NCBI GenBank assembly: GCA_013265495.1 | Contig: MU062907.1 | Coordinates: 4,446,305 to 4,510,304 of the forward strand | From: Vicugna vicugna | Taxonomy: Eukaryota | Length of the DNA stretch: 64,000 nucleotides | Direction: 5' to 3' | Part shown: piece after piece, positions 59,165 through 64,000 of the stretch | Position numbering within the stretch: position 1 is the first letter of the stretch | Layout of the letters: each line of letters begins with the position of its first letter | Made by a program: the position numbers and the translations under genes | Notes under the pieces: model-generated | What the model saw: the letters and a program-made list of their open reading frames with translations, nothing else | What the model was told of the DNA's origin: nothing | Database searches by the model: none

Positions 59165-62019
59165 TGAAGTGGGCAGACGGGGGGATCAGCAGAGCTCCTG
59201 GCAGGTCTGTGCTGGCTTCTACTTGGATGTGCCTCTCCTTACCAACAAGAAGATGACATTTTCCTAGAGATGTTGCTGGAAGATGATTCAATACGTTTCT
59301 TCCTTGGAGGATGGGTTTTCTTTTGGTAGCCTTTCCAGACACATGGAAACTAACACGTCTCTGCTTTCTCCCTTAAGGACCCTTAAATTTTCAGAGTTTG
59401 AACTTCCAAGCCCTCACTTGAAAATCAGTGTCATTTTCCAAACACGCAAGCAGGAATTTCAATGGGCAGCGTCCCTTTGAACGATATGACCTTTCTAGAT
59501 AACTTCACATTTTGTTTTGTTTGCTTTCAGGCTCACCCCTCCCCAAACCGCATTCTTTTCCTTTTCGTTTATGAGAGAACGAAAGTCGTATCAGGAGGAG
59601 CGAAGCCACCTGAACCATACTTTATATATTTCCAGAAATAGTTTTCGGAGCCACTGAAAGATGTTGATGTTATCTTTTTAATATTCCGAGAAATAATCCT
59701 ATTAAACAAAAAACAAGGGAACCTGTTAGGCCCACAAGGCGGAATTACCCAAAGCCTCCTGGCAGGGGTCGAGTTACTTTACAAAACCCTAGCTGTGCCA
59801 GGCTTCTATCTCTCCATCTCGGGCTCGGTGAGTGAGCAGTCATCTGCGGATTCTGCTCATCTCTCTTTGCGAACTTTGTTCTGTGGAATTAGATACAACT
59901 TTGACCAATTAGAAAAGGCTCCCCGCCGGCCCGCGGTCCCCGGAGCAGCACAGTCCACTGATTGTGCGCTGGCCTTCTGAAGTCCGGCCATGTCAGGCCG
60001 TCAGTGGCAGCCCGGCCACCAGAACTCGCTTTTTAATAAGCAGATCTGTCAGCACCAGGTTCTTCGGATCTTCCGACCTCTCCTTAATCCTTGGGACGTG
60101 CTGACTTTCTTCTGTGTTTCGCTTATGGCCAAGGGCCCTGTGCGCAGAAAGAAATCTCTTCTTTGTTTATAGCACAGAGGCAACAAAATTAACCTTTGAG
60201 ATTAACTGTAAATGAGTGAGGATCATGTTTTATTTTTTCCTCGGGATGAGGGGTGGGGATTAACACATGCACGAGGGAGGGAGCGTGTGCACGTGTGTGC
60301 CTGTGTGTGCCCGCCCCTCCCCCACTCCCATCATGATCCCCCCCCCCAACTCTCTTTCTGCTCCTGTTTTCCTTTATTCTGGTGTGGGTTTATTCTGGGA
60401 TGGATAGAGCTAGTGAATGGTATTTTATTTTTTTCCGTAATCTTCAATCCCATTTCATTTCTTAGGAGAGGGACAGAAAACATCCACATATTACAAGCGA
60501 TGCCCAGTAAGTTAAGGGTAAAAACTTGTCTTGGCTAAAGACACAGGGTGGGGTTCTTTGGTCCAGTGTAAGTAGGCAGAGTCTTGGTATAGATTAGAGC
60601 AAGAACCACGAATGATGTCGCAAAGATGCGACAAAGTGTCTTTGTGTTGGTTTGTATTATGTTTAACACTGTTGGGTGGTAGAGTTCTGGTTCTCCAACA
60701 TATAGGGAAGACTTTGCTGCTAAATAACTCCCCCTGTTTTTTTTCCCCCCAAGCACAAGTCATTTAATAAGTCAGATAAATGAAAGACCTTGTTCATAAT
60801 TATTGCTAACTATTCAAACTGCAGTTTGACTTAATTATACTTGATGAAAAAAATTTTTTTGAAGTAAAGTTGATACAAATAATATTATAAATAACAGCTA
60901 TGAGGCAAAATTTGCACTGGGGAGAGAATGGAAGCCAATTGTCTCAATAGAGATGTTACTCTTGGTCTCTGGAAACTCTTGAAAGGTGGGGCAAGATGAG
61001 GTTGAGACTAGATTATTTCTGACCTCTAGGGAGCCCAGAAGTGGACTCCTGACATCGTCTCTGTGTTGCTGAGAGAGTAGGGACCCCCCGTTCTGCTGCT
61101 CGTTCTCCATGTTTGATGGGATCTTCATCACCATGGTGACAACATCCAGGCAGCCTATTTAAGGCTCCTGTCTCTATTTCTTGAAGTTGCTGAAATGTGG
61201 CTGGGACTCGGGACAGTGACTCATTCTGGCCACAGCCCCTTCTTAAAGCCAAGGGTTCTATTAGAAGCGTATTCTGATTCCAGCTTCTTTGTATTTGGTT
61301 GGCTTCTGTGGAATGGGACCACTTTTGTAATTTTTGTTGCCTTTCATCAAACAGAATTATTTTCAGCTGGTTTCAGTTCTACACACACTCTCTCGCTCTC
61401 TTTTAATAAACAGAACAAATTAAAGTGACATGTCAGTGCAGCAATATTTTATTTTTCACTCAGCGGTGGCCATGACCATAACAATTAAACAGAAGAGAAA
61501 AGGGACTTCGTTGTAGGTGCAAGGTTGAAGTTTCAAAAACTAGAGAAATAACCAGGTCAGTGCCCAGGAGCCCCTAACACAACGATCAGTGTTTCAGGGG
61601 AATGAAAACAGCATGTGTGCTGGGGTCCCCACTTTCCCCATTAGCCTCGCCTTGAGCCAGGTATTTAATGTGTGCTGCATTGGTTTTGGCAGAGGACAGT
61701 GCTTGGAGGAAGCAGTTTTTTAAGTTCCCTTGTTATCTCTGGGAGGTAATAAAGATCTTTATTTACAAATAATGTGCTTTCTGTGAAGGGCCTTTGTGTG
61801 GGCGTTGCACACCCAAGCAAAATGATATGTTCTTTGTTTTTGTCTTGATAAGAGCAAAGCTTGGTGTGTAGGTGGCTGGTTTGCAGCCAGACAGTGCACT
61901 CTCTGGGTATGCGACACCGTTCAAGTCATGTCACCTCTCTGCTCCTTGGGATTCTCATTTCTGGGAGGGAGTTAATAATGTTGTAAGAATCGCCGAGGAA
62001 CCAGGAGAGGAAAGGGCTG

Positions 62020-62260
62020 CATTTTACTCCCTGGCTGCCTGGTATCTGTCTTTTGAAATGCTGTCAAGTGTCACCTCCTCCGGGAAGCCTTCCTGGACCA
62101 CAGTGGGGCTGGATGGCCCCCTGCCCTCCTTGGTGAGAGCACTTCTCTTATTACCTGTTCCACCACTCACTTATAATCTCCTTTAGGGTAGGAACAATGA
62201 GTCTCACCTTGTATCAAATGAAACTTAGAGCTCAGCCCAGGGGCTGGCTCACAGTAGGGA
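62020..62260 (+). mobile_element. L2 3' fragment
   Basis: tgtcacctcctccgggaagccttcctggacc..ggctggctcacagtagg. Confidence 0.75.
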
Positions 62261-62383
62261 CTGGGGAAAGGCGGTCAAATTACGACCGAACTGAACTCTG
62301 TCATTAAAAGGGGGTGATCAAAAGGCATGAGATGCTAATGTCCATCAGCTCCTCACAGCAATGAATGTTGAAGGAGATTTTTA

Positions 62384-62498
62384 TTTTTACTTTTGGGGGG
62401 CAGTTATTAGGTTTATTTATTTAATGGAAGGACTCGGGGTTGAACCCAGAACCTTGTACATGCTAAGTGCAAGCTCTGTCACTGAGCTCTGCCCCCTC
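62384..62498 (-). mobile_element. Vic-1-type SINE with a 15-bp TSD
   Basis: TSD tgaaggagattttta (62369-62383) / tgaagcagattttta (62499-62513); ggggttgaacccagaaccttgtacatgctaag..cactgagct. Confidence 0.92.
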
Positions 62499-62929
62499 TG
62501 AAGCAGATTTTTAAATTTTAAAATCAATTTTCAGCCATCCTTCAGAGAGAGTTCCTGACAAGTCCACGGAGTCTAAGGGAGCAAAAAATAAAAGACCTTT
62601 ATCGGAAAAAAATTGGAAGGTGCCATTTCTCTCCCCCACTTTCTCATACAAAATAAAGGAGAGAGGGTAAGAGAAATGACTGAATCCTGGGCTGAAGGTG
62701 GAGGCTGTGGGAAAGCCTTGATGAGGCTTGTACCCAAGTTGTACCCAGTGTTTCCGTGTGACCTACGAAACAATGCATCTTTTTAACTGGATAGAGTGAT
62801 GTAAAACATATCGGAGGCAGGTCCTTTTGGTGTGTTCGGCTTGCAGGCAGAAGAACCATGGCAGATAATATTTTGGATTTTACAGAAGTGAGGATGCATC
62901 TGTAAAAAAAAAAAAAAGAGTTTCTCTCA

Positions 62930-63355
62930 ATACACATGACCGCTTTGATAACGCTGGTCTGCAGAAAAGACGGCATGGTTTTCCTCTCTCATCTGTTCCT
63001 GCCTGCCTTCCCCTCACATCCGGTATTTTATAATAAAATTTCCAGCAGATACGGGTTGTTCAACAGTCGCTAGCAATACGTTGATTAATTATGTGGACCA
63101 GACTTTCAGTATATAATTAAGCTAAACAAGACTGCATTAAAATACTGTGAATCATTTGACTGCAAGCCACAAAAACAAGGAAACTGAGTGAAAGCAGAAT
63201 CTCTGACCTCACTCGCTTTAGCATATTGTAGGAGACAAAAATAAAATCAGTTATGAATCATACCGCTGCCACAATACGGTGCTGCAGAAAGGAAGTTCTG
63301 ATCTTTGATTGGAGCAGTTTCAAAGGTAGAAGTCAAAGTGGACACTTTGTTCTTC
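62930..63355. promoter_or_regulatory. Candidate TCF/LEF-homeobox enhancer
   Basis: CTTTGAT 62943 and 63303, TTCAAAG 63319, CTTTGTT 63345, TAATTA cores near 63085 and 63113; unique DNA with retained CpGs. Confidence 0.4.
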
Positions 63356-63687
63356 TGGTAGACACACACAGAATTCTTCAACTACTAAATACAATGGACA
63401 AAAAAACCCTTTTCTTACTTAAGTGGGTGATGTTTATTTTTGTTGTTGTTTAAGTTATTATATAGCATTTTCTTCAATGTCATCTAGATAAGGTGCATTT
63501 ACATTGTCTCAAAACTATTTTATGTCGACATGCTTTCACTGTCGCTGAAACCAGAATTCAGGGGAGTGAACTGTACGTCCCATTTTCAAAAGTAGAATCA
63601 GTTCTTAATAAACCCCCCAAGTATAAAAGTGTCATTTATTCACTGTGGACTTTTGGAAGATGTGGAAAAGTGTGTAAAAATAATTGG

Positions 63688-63752
63688 GAGTTTGGGATTG
63701 GTGGATGCAAACTACTATGTACAGAATAGATGAACAACAGGGAACTGTGATC
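63688..63752 (+). mobile_element. Isolated L1 3' UTR fragment without tail
   Basis: aattgggagtttgggattggtggatgcaaactactatgtacagaatagatgaacaacagggaact. Confidence 0.75.
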
Positions 63753-64000
63753 TGAGCGAGGACTCAGAAATGACGTCGCCAGGATGGATGTCTTGGCCTC
63801 CTTTCCTCTGAGTTGGCTCAACCCTCTGTCACCTGAAAAAAGATGCACAACCTAAAAACTGAGAATCATGTTCTATTCGGCAGATTTTCTGCAGACCTCA
63901 AGCCCGGGAGACAGCCTCTCTGGTCGCTCTCAGGGACTGCTGAGAAGAGGTGAGGGAGGAGCCGGGATATATGGCAGTTTTTGCAGTGAAGTCAAGGTAG

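Noticed and set aside
60616-60633. Hairpin tgtcgca-aaga-tgcgaca as a possible miRNA or terminator
   Set aside because: The 7-bp stem is far too short for a pre-miRNA, and bacterial-type terminators are irrelevant in this genome

Overview
Mammalian genomic DNA, almost certainly camelid (Camelus/Vicugna/Lama). It carries six tRNA-Ala(AGC)-derived Vic-1-type SINEs and many cetartiodactyl-type L1 3' ends. I find no supportable protein-coding exon, RNA gene or full CpG island. The only ORFs with recognisable homology are dead L1 ORF2 C-terminal fragments. The window reads as a gene desert or very large intron. It contains old repeats (MIR, L2, old L1M, MER5/MER3/MER46C/MER104/MER63-type DNA transposons; MLT1, LTR33 and MER21 LTRs; one ERV1 solo LTR) separated by unique, CpG-retaining, homeobox/TCF-motif-rich blocks that look like developmental enhancers. 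The host gene cannot be named from sequence alone. There are eight N-runs: four in L1, one in a GC-rich VNTR, and three of 132-148 nt in unique, conserved-looking DNA. The most interesting observations are a micro-duplication-built nuclear-receptor/E-box array beside a 51-bp tandem duplication (52.2-52.4 kb), the N-runs in unique sequence (one bracketed by splice signals), an atypically inverted L1, and a few weak plus-strand non-coding exon candidates. No novel multi-gene system is supported. Repeat family names come from recalled consensus sequences and need RepeatMasker/Dfam confirmation; old-repeat boundaries are approximate.
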